64,000 bases of DNA from Tubulanus polymorphus (lineage: Eukaryota > Animalia > Nemertea). Where the stretch lies: contig NW_027437474.1 in the NCBI RefSeq assembly GCF_964204645.1, positions 1-64,000 of the forward strand, read 5' to 3'. A program made the position numbers and the translations under genes. Under the pieces are notes generated by a model. The model saw only the letters and a program-made list of their open reading frames with translations. It was not told the origin of the DNA and searched no databases. Shown piece after piece: positions 1-12,726 of the stretch. How positions within the stretch are numbered: position 1 is the first letter of the stretch; each line of letters opens with the position of its first letter.

Positions 1-56
1 AACAACATTTGATAACTTAGTTATAACAGAAACTGATTTTTTCTATTTCTTTTCAG

Positions 57-2275
57 ACAAAATCGACGCGAAGACACGTCCGAGCAATGAACCAGGGCAT
101 AATTCTTCACTTTCTTCCAGATCAGATTTAACAGGTGTTTATATCAATTTGAAGTACTAACCAATGCCTGGAAATCTACATTGCCCGTTTTTAATAGCAT
201 ATCTATCTCCTTTCTAGGCGTTTCATCACCGTCTGACATATTTGACGACGGCACCACGACGATACCATCAAATGAAAATAACGGCTCTTCGGGTCGGCTA
301 AATGGGAGATTTTTGGATACCGCTGAAATGATTGATGTGATTAGAAAATCCGCCAACGAAAAATTAGAACTTCCCACCAGTATTCCAAACGGCCGAAAAC
401 ATGATGTGTACTACATATTAGACAACACCAATAACGTTAAACGTAGACAGGCTGGGAACCGGTGTAAATTCGTTGATGACTCTGGAGTTTAGGACACAAA
501 GATGACTGAGAAAGTGGTGGTTCTCATACAAGAAAATGGAACACATGAGGTAAAAACGCATAAATACGTTATATATGTACTAAAATTGACGTCCATCACT
601 TCTATTTGTGATTTGAATGATCGGTATTTCATCAGGTAAATTTCATCTTCCAGGTCATCGAATCGAAGAATGGTTCGTACGGCATTAGGGTGAAAAAAGA
701 ATTCGTAGCATTTGATTAACAACCTTCTGACGAACATTTAATTATTTTGAGGCGAGTTTACGCTACACTAAAACGAAAACCAGATTTCAAAAAATGAATT
801 ACTTGGATTGACCATTCTCCAGCCAACTTCGGCGACGTACGAAACCGGTCAGTAGTGGAGTATCTCGGTGAATCGCCGGATAGTGGTACGGCGCATGGCT
901 ATACAAAAAAAGGAACGGGAATAGAATATTTTTCGGACTTCAGACTCCGTCATGGATGTAATCGCCAATAAGGTGACCATACATGCACCGACCTATGTCT
1001 AAATAGCTCATCATCAGCGCTCAGAAACTTGAAACGTGTACAGAATGTACGGCACCGTGAAATGGTCAAGGATCGCACATCCGGCAACCGTAAGAATGTA
1101 GCGGATGAAATACAAACTGTCATGAACATGCAATCCGGCAGTGATTTCATCCGAGAGGTAATTACTTCGATCGAAAAATTACTCCGACGGTTATTTTACA
1201 TACAGAGCAACAGATGAGAGACGTAAAACGATTTTGTACGCAAGCGGCTGAACCTTCGATTCTTGGGTCGTACATTCAACGTTGGTGCCTGCAATTTGAC
1301 TGTAACGGTTTTCAAGAACACCCATATGCTCCGTCGTGAAACACAAGAAGCACCAATTTTCATTGGGCCATTATTTCTGCATTGGGATGGTGAGACCATT
1401 ACGTACCAGCGATTCTTCTCTCACTTAAAAGCGAAATTCGACTCGAACATAAATACAGAAATTTCGGGCAAACTGTTAACCGTTGGATCCGACGAAGAAA
1501 AAGCTGTACTGAAAGCAATCAAAGAGACATTTCCAAATGCTACTCACTTGTTATACTATACTGACATTTGATTGAAAACGTAAAACGGCATTTGCAACAC
1601 AAAATTGGGGTGAATGATAAAATAAAAGATGAAATAGTCGACTCTATATTTGGTAAAAGCGGCGCGTTACATGACCTTGATGAGTATAAGTATAAACTCA
1701 GAATGATTGAGGTCAAGGCTAGAATCAACGAAATCGCTCCGCTCTTCATCCCATACTTTGAATAGCTGGAGCCAAGACTTGAAGAGTATGTATTCACGCC
1801 ATCTCAAGTTAAGAAATGTCACCCTATAGGATGGACAAACAATAACTGTGAGACTATAAACAGTATAATCAAACTAGCAAATAACTGGAAGATTCTGATC
1901 CCCGATTTGATAGAACAGTTACACAAATTAGTAAAAATCCAGTATATCGATGTCTGTCGTGCCCTTCACCTTCAAGGAAATTATGAAGATGTTCTATCTT
2001 TACAAAGATATACTATTTCCCATGTAATGTGGATGCAGAAAAGCAACGAAGACAAGGAAACCATATACAATAAGTTCATGAACCTTAAAACGAAAAAGAA
2101 ATCTATCAAAACTATTACCTCCACTGATGGGAAATTGACAATTCTAAAAACAGCCAAAGTCGCCAGAAAACCAGGACAAAGAAAAAGGACAAAAATGCGA
2201 AAACCTTATCCACTAAACGGCAAAAAGTTAACGAGGACTCGTAATATGATTGTCAATGATTTAAAACCAATTTAG
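57..2275 (+). pseudogene. Degraded Mutator-like (MULE) DDE transposase
   Basis: Consecutive broken ORFs carry MULE-type motifs: (D)RTFNVG, PIFIGPLFLH, GSDEEKAVLKAIKETFPNATHLL and GWTNNNCETINSIIK (~1830). Multiple stops and frameshifts. Confidence 0.7.
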
Positions 2276-2394
2276 TATAGTAAAACTATTATTTTTGGTG
2301 CCTGAAGTACACTGCAACAGTGGAAAGCAGGCTTTAAAGGTCAGTCTCATCAGGCACCAAAAACATTTTTTATTATAGCGTTGAATACATATAT

Positions 2395-2820
2395 AGTAAT
2401 AAAATAAATACGATAGAAATGTATAGATAATAATATGAATATTATGATGATAAAAAATAATTTTTATTGTTGAGAATGTATTGTAATAAAATGAAATATC
2501 CTTGAAATACATGTAGTAATGAAATGAATATATAATGGTAGAATATGAGAGATGTATGAAATATCCTTGAAGTAAATATATAATGATAGAATATGATAGA
2601 AATGTAAAAATAATCATGTTGTGAATGTTATAATGATAAGAAAACAATTTTCGTTATTGATGAGAATGTATAGAAATAATATTAGTAATGATGTGAATAA
2701 TATATTATGATAAGAAAATGATTTTTATTGTCTATTGAACGTGAAAAAAAATTAAAAGTTTCATCGTCATGTATAGAAATAATATTAATAAAATGATTAT
2801 GTTATTGATGAACATTATTG
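2395..2820. repeat. AT-rich low-complexity degenerate tandem repeat
   Basis: Recurring GAATGTATAGAAATAAT / ATGATAAGAAAA-type units. Confidence 0.6.
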
Positions 2821-3792
2821 TCTTCATTTATTTTCGAGTGGAGCTCCAGTCGGTTCCAGTCGGCTCCAGTCGATCATTTGATTAATATAACAGTTTAGCT
2901 CTCGTCAGTGCTTATCAGTAATTAATTTGTGTCACTCAATAAGATGAAGTAAACTTAGAATAAACTATAGAGTTATTCCTTAATAAGGTTAAACTGCCTT
3001 GTTCCTAATGGATGGAACTCTCTAATACTTGCTTGATTGCTAGTTCCCCATCTAGCCTACCGAATTGTGGCCAGTCTGTAACACGTGTATGGTTGGTTGG
3101 TGTCATTGGCATGGCTTTGTACAAGGAGCAAAAAAATGTTGTAGTATTTTTGAAAGAAAATATTGAATGATTTTAGCTAAAGGATACATAAGCGCTGGTA
3201 TGTGGTTAGAGTGGCCAAACTTAATATTTTACATTGAAAATACAGAAAATCACATATAAAGCATATTGTAGGCCTATCATCAATTAGATTGGGATGTATG
3301 GATGTCTGATTGGAGAACGTTGATTAATACACGGTCTACAGCCAAGATATTGGGCTCATTTACTTGGCCTGAATGTCTGAGATAGTCGTCACCTAAAGAG
3401 ATTCTAATCGTGGCCGCTGAAGAGATTCTGTCGCAGTTGATAAGATTGATAGAAATATTCAAAATTTGAAGTAAATTCGTAGATTCTGCAAATTTCACTT
3501 GTCACTTATTTATGTATAGTAGTCAAACGTTCAGAGAGTCGCGGAGTTCATCTCGGCTAATTCGGATTTTAAAGTCACGCGCCGAATCGACCGTCGGCTA
3601 TAGCAGCGGATTGAACAAAAAAAAACGGCATTTAAGGTGGGTTGATTGTAGTGGCTTATGGGATGATGCAATGAAAGTTTCGTTCCAAATATCTAAGAAT
3701 ATTGAGAACATTAAGAATATAACGTTATTCGCACGCTTTAGCCCGGGCGAGAATCTCGACCAGACTATATCGTGCGTCATAATCATCCCTTA

Positions 3793-4008
3793 GGCCACAC
3801 CAAAAAAATCCTGTTTCTCTGGCGGGGCAATCACCAAAATGGGTAGGTCGGTAGGGAATTTTTTTTTCTTTTTATAAAAAAAAATTGCGGGTATTCTTCT
3901 GACAGTGGGTAGGTAGGCAATTTTATTTTATTTCGAAAATAATTATTTGAAATGACGAAATATCGGGTCGGTCGGGCCCGAGAAACAGGGTTTTCTTTTG
4001 GTGTGGCC
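3793..4008. mobile_element. PIF/Harbinger (Tourist-like) MITE
   Basis: TIRs GGCCACACCAAAA..CCTGTTTCTC and GAGAAACAGG..TTTTGGTGTGGCC; TTA immediately on both sides (3790-3792, 4009-4011). Confidence 0.85.
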
Positions 4009-4185
4009 TTACCACTATAATGATCATATTTTTTTTCAGGTGCAGTGACCTTTACAGCCTTGAGGCTTGCACTGCTACCTTCATTTAATATTACATTCTA
4101 TCGTCGTTATCATATCCTGTACATGTAAATGAAAAATAAATTATCATTTGAATATCATTATTATCCCTAGAGCGCTTTTAGTAAC

Positions 4186-5249
4186 AAATCGGCTACGGCG
4201 ATGATAGCAGCCTATTTGGATAGATGGCGCATTTGGAAGACAGCGGGTGTTTGCATCGACGAATACAAGTATCGATTGACCCTTTCATTGCTGGCCATTA
4301 TATACCAACCCACTGTACCGATACACCGGTCACGATCCTCTCTATAATCGTTGATGATAAAATGTACTGATAGGTCCCTGGCGAGAGAACGTGTCCGGGC
4401 GCAAACCCCAAAATAAAAGACTAGAAATGCCGATACTGAATAATGATTAATAATATATTTTGGTTTACCTTGATAAGATCACTATATATTCTAGCTTTCA
4501 GAATTTCGTTAAGCACAATCCTAATCCGAGATTCCCTAATGTATCCTAGCTAACACGCCTGTTGGCAACCGCCATCGGATTAAAGACCCGAATAGAACCT
4601 CTCTCTGCCCAAGACTCCGGCCCCGTTCGTAGAGAGAAATGGCATTCCTAAAATTCCGATTCTCCCACTCCAGACCTTCCAATTCATGGCTAGGAGCAAG
4701 CAACCCATCGTCATGATACCTGTTCACTTCTGTTTTTGGTAACGAAATAATTTAGGCCGAATGAATCACTGAACAAAAATTATTTGGAAGCTGATTTGTT
4801 AAACTATCTTTTCCTTCCAATCCTCCCGTCATGACGCGTAATGATTTACTCACTCCTTGGTTATCATCGTTGATAGAACAGCTATTTAGAGGGAACAGCT
4901 CTTCTGCGAGTTGCCGCCGGACGTATACAACGAGAGAACCTTTAGATAGAGATACAATTTCACAAGCATTATTCTTTCCAAAATTTACGCGAATATTTCT
5001 CATTATTCGCTTAAACAACATCCAGAGATTATTTAAATTCAACATAACTTTGAAACCTTGTTTTCATCACAATTTACGGCAATATATTCTTACGAATGCA
5101 ATCTTTCTTTTCTGATATTTGTGATTACTTTTGAATCGGTAACACATTGGAAAAATCGGCTACAGCGATGATAACATTTAATTTGGATAGATGACGTGTT
5201 GGTTTTAGTAGACAACTGGTGTTTTTATCGACGAATATACAAGTATTGA
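4186..5249 (+). repeat. Diverged ~90-bp direct repeat pair (~4186-4277 and ~5153-5249)
   Basis: Both copies read AATCGGCTAC.GCGATGATA...ATTTGGATAGATG...ATCGACGAATA..CAAGTAT.GAT. Confidence 0.65.
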
Positions 5250-5769
5250 TAAAAATGTGACATCCAAGGGGCACGTATTGGGGTAGCAAACGTCAGGTCT
5301 AGCTCAGAGCGGATGCAGTCGCTTATTGTGGATGCAAAAAAGTCTGCAACATCGTGGTATATCAATAAGTATATTTAGCAGATAGTTAAGTGATGGGAAC
5401 GCGTTTGCTAGGCCCTGGACCTCAGAGGTCTGGGTAACTTACATCTTATCTGCTACTGCCGGCTTTACAGATCAATTCTTGTATGCGTCCACCAATAGCA
5501 GACAATTTCAAATTGTTTGTTGTCGTTTTGTTTTCCTTCTAGAAAATAATCTCAAGATCATTTCGGCTGGTTCAATACTTTTTGCGGCACCTCATTTTTT
5601 TAGTGGGCGAGTTAGAACTAGCTAACGATTTCGTTCCAATGCTACGATGCTAACTTTCTCCAGAACCGCATCCGAAAGCGCCAAAGTGTATATCGGCGAA
5701 ACCCCGAATATCCATAGCTCATGGAAAAATTATGGGCTCTATTCATTTCGAAAGGATTTCATATATTCA

Positions 5770-5878
5770 CGTAACTGCACATCCACTCCCGGTAGGGATT
5801 CGAACCTGATGGCAACGAGATTGCCATGGTACGAAACCCTGCCACACTAGACCGAGTGCGCAGCTACATACGCAGCTT
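5770..5878 (-). repeat. tRNA-derived (SINE-like) element, copy 1
   Basis: Minus strand has the Pol III B box GGTTCGAATCC (5796-5806) and an upstream TAGTGTGGCAGG A-box-like motif; homologous to 6017-6118. Confidence 0.55.
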
Positions 5879-6016
5879 AGATGAATTCGTTATCAGCCAA
5901 TCAGATATCCCGTTATATTTCAGCCCGGGTTTTCAAATTCATAGTTCTTCAGTGAAATTTACCTCAGCGATCATACAACGAGCGATTTGATTGGTGCCGC
6001 AAGTTTTCGCGCGGCA

Positions 6017-6118
6017 AAGCTGCGCATGTACATGCGCACCCGGTATAGTGTGGCAGGGGTTCGTGCCGTGGTTGAGGCTAACGATGCCATCAGGTTCGAA
6101 TCTCCCGCGGGAGGATGG
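6017..6118 (+). repeat. tRNA-derived (SINE-like) element, copy 2, head-to-head with copy 1
   Basis: AAGCTGCG.ATGTA..TGCGCAC.CGGT.TAGTGTGGCAGGG...GCCATCAGGTTCGAATC shared with the reverse complement of 5770-5878. Confidence 0.55.
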
Positions 6119-6546
6119 TAACTGCATCTCTTGGCGTATTTCGTAATTTGTCACGTGTTTTATTTTGTCTAGTATAGGTATTTGATGACGTCACGCACGC
6201 GATGCGCTGCATGTATTCGTTAAAAGTGCACGTGTGCGTCGCGTTAGCCTGCGTAATGCTGGCGATCGTTTTGTTCAGTCGGGACTTGATAGTTCAACCA
6301 GGAACGTAAGAATCATTCGAAATTACGGTCCGCCGCGCCTAACTGGGACGAACCGCGCCCCGGCAAATTTCGCGATTTTCAGAGCTGAGGAACTCGACCG
6401 GGTTGAGGAACGGAAACGAGACTCAGGAATTCAGAAATAGAATGATCTAATTCGAGTTTGAGCATAAGACAAAAATTCTGACTTGTCAGTGTAGTGTCAG
6501 CGTAGATCTCGACATATTACGTGATATTTCGATTCAGTAATTCAGT

Positions 6547-6731
6547 GATATATGAATGAATCTAAAAAGTTCATCTAGAAATTAGAAACATCTCGGGTGG
6601 TTGCTACCACCCTTATTCAGTCTGAAAAAAGAGTGCTAGGATCCATTTTTTCCTGACTGATGAAGGGTAGTAGCAAACACTGGAAATATTTCTAATTTTG
6701 CGATTCATCTTTTCAGGTTCATTCATATATC
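6547..6731. ncRNA. Inverted pair of degenerate minimal hammerhead ribozyme motifs (Penelope-like terminal relic)
   Basis: ~85-bp inverted arms. The + arm has CTGATGA(6657)-A-GGGTAGT-AGCA-AACACTG-GAAA-TATTTC; the - arm has CTGAATAA-GGGTGGT-AGCA-ACCACCC-GAGA-TGTTTC. Confidence 0.5.
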
Positions 6732-7590
6732 GTGGGATTTTGACTCATCGTCTTACGACGGATATTTTTATTTTAGCCGATTCACCCGATTATTACTAGC
6801 TTAACGAGACTTTTTTTCAGAGTGATTTCACATTTTCACGTATAACGCCGTTTGCTCGATCGTTGTCGCGTTCTTCGTCTGATTTTTCGGTTTTAGTTGA
6901 GGTACGTTTTCGATGACGTAGCACGCTGTGTCGTCGTGACGCGGTAGTGAGCGGTGTTGCTCGCATGCGGTGGGCTGGACTTCGTCGCGTTTCTGGTCAT
7001 TTCGTCCAGTCGCACTTTCAGCGTAAAACCGAGTAATATGTGAATATCACATATATGAAACGTCGTATATATTTCGAATGCGACATTTAAATCGAAAAAC
7101 GTCGTGACTATGAAAGTTTACTGCTCGTATCTCAGCTTTCTCGACTGGTTCATTTTTCTGACGCCGTAAAAACCGTTACAGTAATTATCTTTTCATATAC
7201 ATCGATTGAATGCGCTCTCCAACGGGTGCTGTGCGAGTCGATGTGCACTACGTCAACGATATTGGTGTTTCGATATAACAAATTAACTATTATTTTTTTG
7301 GCGTTTATTTTGCAATTTAGAATACTTTCTTAGTCCTATTTTATTTTTCGATAAATTTTGATAATGATTTTTTAGTGAATGTGCACTACGTCATCGATAT
7401 ATCGGGGTTTAGACTGGTTGCCGGTCGATCCAATTTAATTATCGATATATTCAAATCCAAAATAACATGAAATTTCCGTCTTAAAATCCTACTCCTTCGA
7501 CTGCGGCTTTACACGGATCCTTCGCCATTTTTTCGTCGGGATATCAATAGTATCATTTATTAACATACGCTTCATCTGTGTTTGATTTCA

Positions 7591-9148
7591 GCGCGCTTCC
7601 GCCGGCCACCGCATGGGACGAGATGCTGAAACCGGAATCATCTTTCGTATAAGGCGACGCGATCGCCGAGAAGTTGCAAAACTCCAGCTACGCCGCGAAC
7701 CATGCGCAGCCGTTCCGAAACGCATTCACCAAACCTGGACGTATCGGCCCCATTCCGCGCGGCTGCGCCACCGTGCGGGATTTACGCGAAGCAGCAAACA
7801 CAAACATGGCCACTCTTTCAATTTTCAATGATAGAAATCGTGTGTGCATTTCAATTATTTCGGCTGTTAGGGTTTTAAGGCACAATATAAGTTGATGTTG
7901 TGATATGGCGATGTTAATTAATGATAATTCCGCAGTTAAGCTAGTCACGAACGGTGCCGATTGAGTGTACAGCTGCCAAAAATACTGAAATGTGCGTAGT
8001 TGCGTAACTATTTGCAGTGAATTGCAGACGAAACATGAAGCCTTAACGGCCGTTTAAAAAAAGTTATACGAATCGCAATTGTAAAATAAAAATGAGATAG
8101 AACCTAAGTTAAAATTCTGGCCATTTCTAAAATGTTATCGATTATTATTACTAATTTTTAGTCAGTGCCGAACGTCTAGTTTTCCAACAATAATGAGGGG
8201 TGGTAGGTAGTCATGCAATTCAAGTCATCATTTATTAGACGTTACGTCCGTGTTGTTGAAAATCTCGCGAGTCCTGGACCAAACCACATTGAACAATGTG
8301 ATCTGTGTGCTGGCCACAAACACACAGATCACACTACACTACCCATTACACACTCCAGTACCCACAGCTTGCATATATCCTTCCAAATATGTAGAGTGTC
8401 TTTCTTCCTGGATGAACTCGACGATCCCGCCGGCGCTGGCGGCCAGCCCCGTCAGTTGGAACATTCTGGGCGAACGAGCTCGCCGACCAGTTCGTCGCGC
8501 GGAGATTCCCAAAGTACGCCGGACTTTCGAACGAATACGGCGGCGAATACGCCGATATAGACAACGTGGTGTTCCGGCGATTTGACCGGCTTTAAGACAC
8601 GCACACCGCCCTGATACCAGGAGATCATCCTAATATTCAAACACCAACAACTGACGCCTTTGAACTCGTTCATGGTGTCGACGACCGGCCACCCGGCCTT
8701 GAGTGCAATCATCGAAACGCTCCCTGCGTTCGATAACGCCACATCTGCGGACGAAGTGCTCTGAAAAAAATTGGGCCGTTTCAAGAACGCGTTTGGAGCC
8801 ATTGGCAATCGTGGCGCGTTTGCGACTCGATTTACATACCTTATTCACATCGTCGATTCAACCCAAATTTCGACGAAAAGAACACGTACAGTCTAAAGCG
8901 CATTCGTCAAAATGAAAACTCGGCGACGACCGAATGGAAAAAGTGGTGTACCTATCTGATTAAATCGGGCTACGCGTATCAGCCCGTACCGGACAGCGCT
9001 TATACCGTACACAAGTTCGTGCACACGTCGAACACTGACGTTCGCAAAGGCCCCGGTGCGCCCGTGCTAGACAGCATAGCCCCTAAACGCGTCGATGTAG
9101 CTAAGTTAGTATCGCTGATCGACAAGCCCAACCCTTCAATCGGCTGAA
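7591..9148 (+). pseudogene. Pseudogenised paralog of the GT32 glycosyltransferase
   Basis: Fragments collinear with 12727-14274: CAAVPKRIHQTW (~7703-7740), PSKYVECLSSW, FWANELADQFVARRFPKYA, EYGGEYADID, THTALIPGDH, LNSFMVSTTGHP, AYTVHKFVH (~9000). Has stops, frameshifts and an ~0.6-kb insertion at ~7745-8375. Confidence 0.8.
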
Positions 9149-12100
9149 GAGTGGACTACGGGCTAATATGATCAAACCAGTTTTTATTAAATCAATTAAC
9201 AATATGTGATGTGCATTTTCATTTTCTAATCATCAAATCGGTTTCTTTGTAATGGAATATATCTTTATACGATTCAATAGATTTTCGTGTCCTTTTAATG
9301 ATGTATTTTTGAGTCGATGTGCAGTACGCCATCGATATTTGCGTTTATTTTGTAATTGCGAATATATTACATTTTATTGCTAAATACTTAAAAATTCTAA
9401 TGACTATTTTAGATTATGAGCGCAATGTATCGCGACTCGACTGATTGCTGGTCGATTCGATTCATATACTGATTTTGCTGCCAACCTACTTGCGTTATAC
9501 CATCTCAATGCAAATACGCAATAAGACACCCCCTCGTTAATTTTCAAGGTGTCAAAAGACTTTCAGGTCGGGCGCCTCGTTTTACTTAACGCTTGCTATT
9601 ATCTATATTTACGACTTATTCATTCATTAACCTTTCTGCTCGGCAGTCAGTTGCAAAAAATCGAGAGAAAAATTGCGACGATTGTCTTCTCGAGAGCCTG
9701 GCTAATCCTCACTTGCCACATTAAATGGAATTCTCGATTGCAACAGTAGTGTTTCCGGAACCTTGCTTTAAATTTGTAATGGAAATTGAAACGCGAATTA
9801 TCAATCGGCTATAATTAGTGATACCTGCTGGACCCTTGCAGAAACCTCAGACTGCCTCCTAGCTGAAACCCACAATAACGTTGTCGTGACCTCTAAGATT
9901 TGTAGAGGAAAGTAACGGGCGGAAGAGACGAGATAAGATAAAATGTGTTACACCATGTAACCACGCTTAGTGGTGCACACATGTATTCACTAATAATTTA
10001 AGGTGCAAAAGAAAATCAACAATATGACAGATAATGTTAGTAATTCAACGTATTTTACATCAGTTAAATAGATAACCGCGTAAGTTCCAGCGCCACCTGC
10101 TGGTCCTACACGGACACCTCACTTGCCACGAGTGGAATTATCGATCGTCACGAAAAAGCCTTACTGTTGAAGAGTCTTCGAATTGACGAAGAGAATCGAA
10201 GCACAAATATTACGAATTAACCGCTCGCGGATATGCCGGGGCAGCTTGCGAGATGTTGAATGAATCCATATTCTTTTTCACGTAATCCAAACCTCGTTCT
10301 CGATTGCTTTCGTTGCATTGCGGTTGCTAAGGCCCAAAATACCGCTAATTAGGTGTAAGTTTTATCATAATTTAATGGCTTAAAACGATAGAGTGTCGAT
10401 AAAATAATTTAAGTTTAAATAGAATTCATTCAACTTCAAATAAGCCTTTTTAATTATCCAATGTAACTTGTTTGGGATCGGGTATCCTACGAGCGATGCT
10501 TTTTGAGCGATGCTTTTTTATATCTTGCCCTCTGATAAATAATGTCAATTCATAAGATAAGATAACATAAGATGCAACTTTTCCGGCCAAAGATTATAGT
10601 TCGAGTAGGTCAAAAATATCGAACAGTAGTTTAAGTAGTACGACATTGAGAGACGAAATAAAGACCACGCGACCCCTGGTAGACCTTTGCGAAAACCTCA
10701 CGTGTCACAATCGCGGTAAGCCGGCTACGATAATGACTCATCGCGCGCAACTGGTTCACTCGACCGCGGCAGGCAGCAGCTGATGAGCTCGGCATAGCAG
10801 GCGCAATTCAGCATTCACGTTTAAGCATTAACTCGATATGCAGTTGAAAATAAATTATGCGCACGGTAGCTCATTACAAAACAGGGATCTATCTACATTA
10901 TATCTCCTGCCAGCGCGACCGGGACACCTGGCTTCGCATATACACGCGCGCGTACGTCGCCTATGAAAACCTACGACGAGAATTTTAGAATGCTGCCTAT
11001 GCATCGGCACAGAGATTGAATACTTCGACCAAAAAAAAGAAATCGCGCGCACTTCTCGGGAATATCACCGAGATCGTCATTCCGGTTAGTATCATCGATC
11101 CGTGAAGGCTTTTACACGGGTTTCGGTTTCGCGATTTATTTCCTGATAGCGTATATGGATTAGTTTGCTACAGGTGTCCGGAACCGCGCGGCTGGTTTAT
11201 GATACTTTATCTGCTTGATTTTATACAATCTCTCACATCGACACCAGTTGCACAGCCCCCCCCCCCCTGAGCCGTCGTCTTCGATACATCTTAAAGCTCT
11301 CCGGCAAAAACTAGGCTTACAGGGATATTGATACCTTGATCTCATCTCTCCTGAGCTGAATTAAGTGTTGACCAGGCCGGCCGCCTATCTACCGCACGTG
11401 CATTCCCTGTTTCAAAATCACGATGATCAAGCTATCAAAAACAGACCCGGCGCGTGCAGAACTGTGGAACTGGATCCAGGCCGATTAGAAGAAAAAAGGT
11501 ATATCATTCTATTCCAGCATTCTGTACGCTTATTCATGGAATATTAGATAAGTTAGTTCCTCGACCCTTATTTTCAAAGCGCACTATTATTTTGGACAAA
11601 AATATTGCGTGGTTTTGTGAGTATGTAACCGCTAATAAAAAAGCCCGAATATGCTATGTCACACTATATCGATGGATATGTACATTATATGAATCAGCGA
11701 AATAGAGGTAATCCGGACCGCGTGATTCCCCGTCAACATATTGTCCCTTAGTGACGTATACTATCTTACATTTTTCCCATCGGTTAGGCATTGTAGTCAG
11801 TGTTATATGCATCGGCAAACGAGTTGACCGATTTTCTTCTTTCGTTTCGATTGAATCGAAGTACATAATCGGGAAATTCGGTCCGGGTTCATTCGAACAC
11901 AGTGTTCCGACCAGAGGAACCGGCAAGCGATTAATTGCGTTGCACGATGATGTTTCGAGATCTTCTAGGCAAAATCTACATCGTTTCGTACAGCACTTGG
12001 TGATTCATGAATATAATATATATGAACAAAACTAAAAGAATTTGACAGGTGACTTTTTTAACAAAAGCGCCCCTATAATTGGAACTGGCGTTTCTTTTAG

Positions 12101-12726
12101 AACTATATAATTGGACCCTGGTCTTATTTTGACAAAAGATGTCGCAATCAGTCCCTGTTTGCAACTTTTGTTTCATGGCGATCGATTGCCCGGTCGATTG
12201 CCCGGAATTTTAGATACTGGCACTCACCAGGTGGTGCAACGTGATTTTTTTTTTGAAAAACATTTCAAGTGGATTTGTCGGACCTCAGTCCGAATGGTGG
12301 AATCACGTCCGAATAAAATCAGCCCTGGGTCCAGTTTTACGAAAAATGTTGAAGTTAATCACTTTGGCGTAATTAGATCGTAAAGATCGAAATATCCAAG
12401 AAATTGAAACGCGGTAACTGATGAGTAACGCAAGCGACACCTGGTGGATCTTTGCTGGCCGTTGCAGCAATTACTGGAAACTGGGATTATTAACTTTAAA
12501 GGTCGATTCGAATTAAAGTAATATGTGAAAAAACGAAGCGAGGTAACCGAGTTACCACTAGCAAACCTGGTGGAATCCTCGCTTGCCGGAACAGCGTATC
12601 CGTAACCCAATTCTATTATTAGTGTTTGAAAGCGTAATGAAAGCTTTTCTCTATATTAACAATGTATTCGTATGTACAATTTCAGTAGGTGGACGCAGGC
12701 GGGCACTCGCCGCTCAAACGCGCAGA

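Noticed and set aside
2261-2647. 128-aa hydrophobic ORF
   Set aside because: Translation of an AT-rich low-complexity repeat.
12583-12726. N-terminal 48-aa extension of the GT32 ORF from a TTG start
   Set aside because: Eukaryotic context; the segment contains an intron-like AT tract and acceptor, and ATG 12727 directly precedes the signal anchor.
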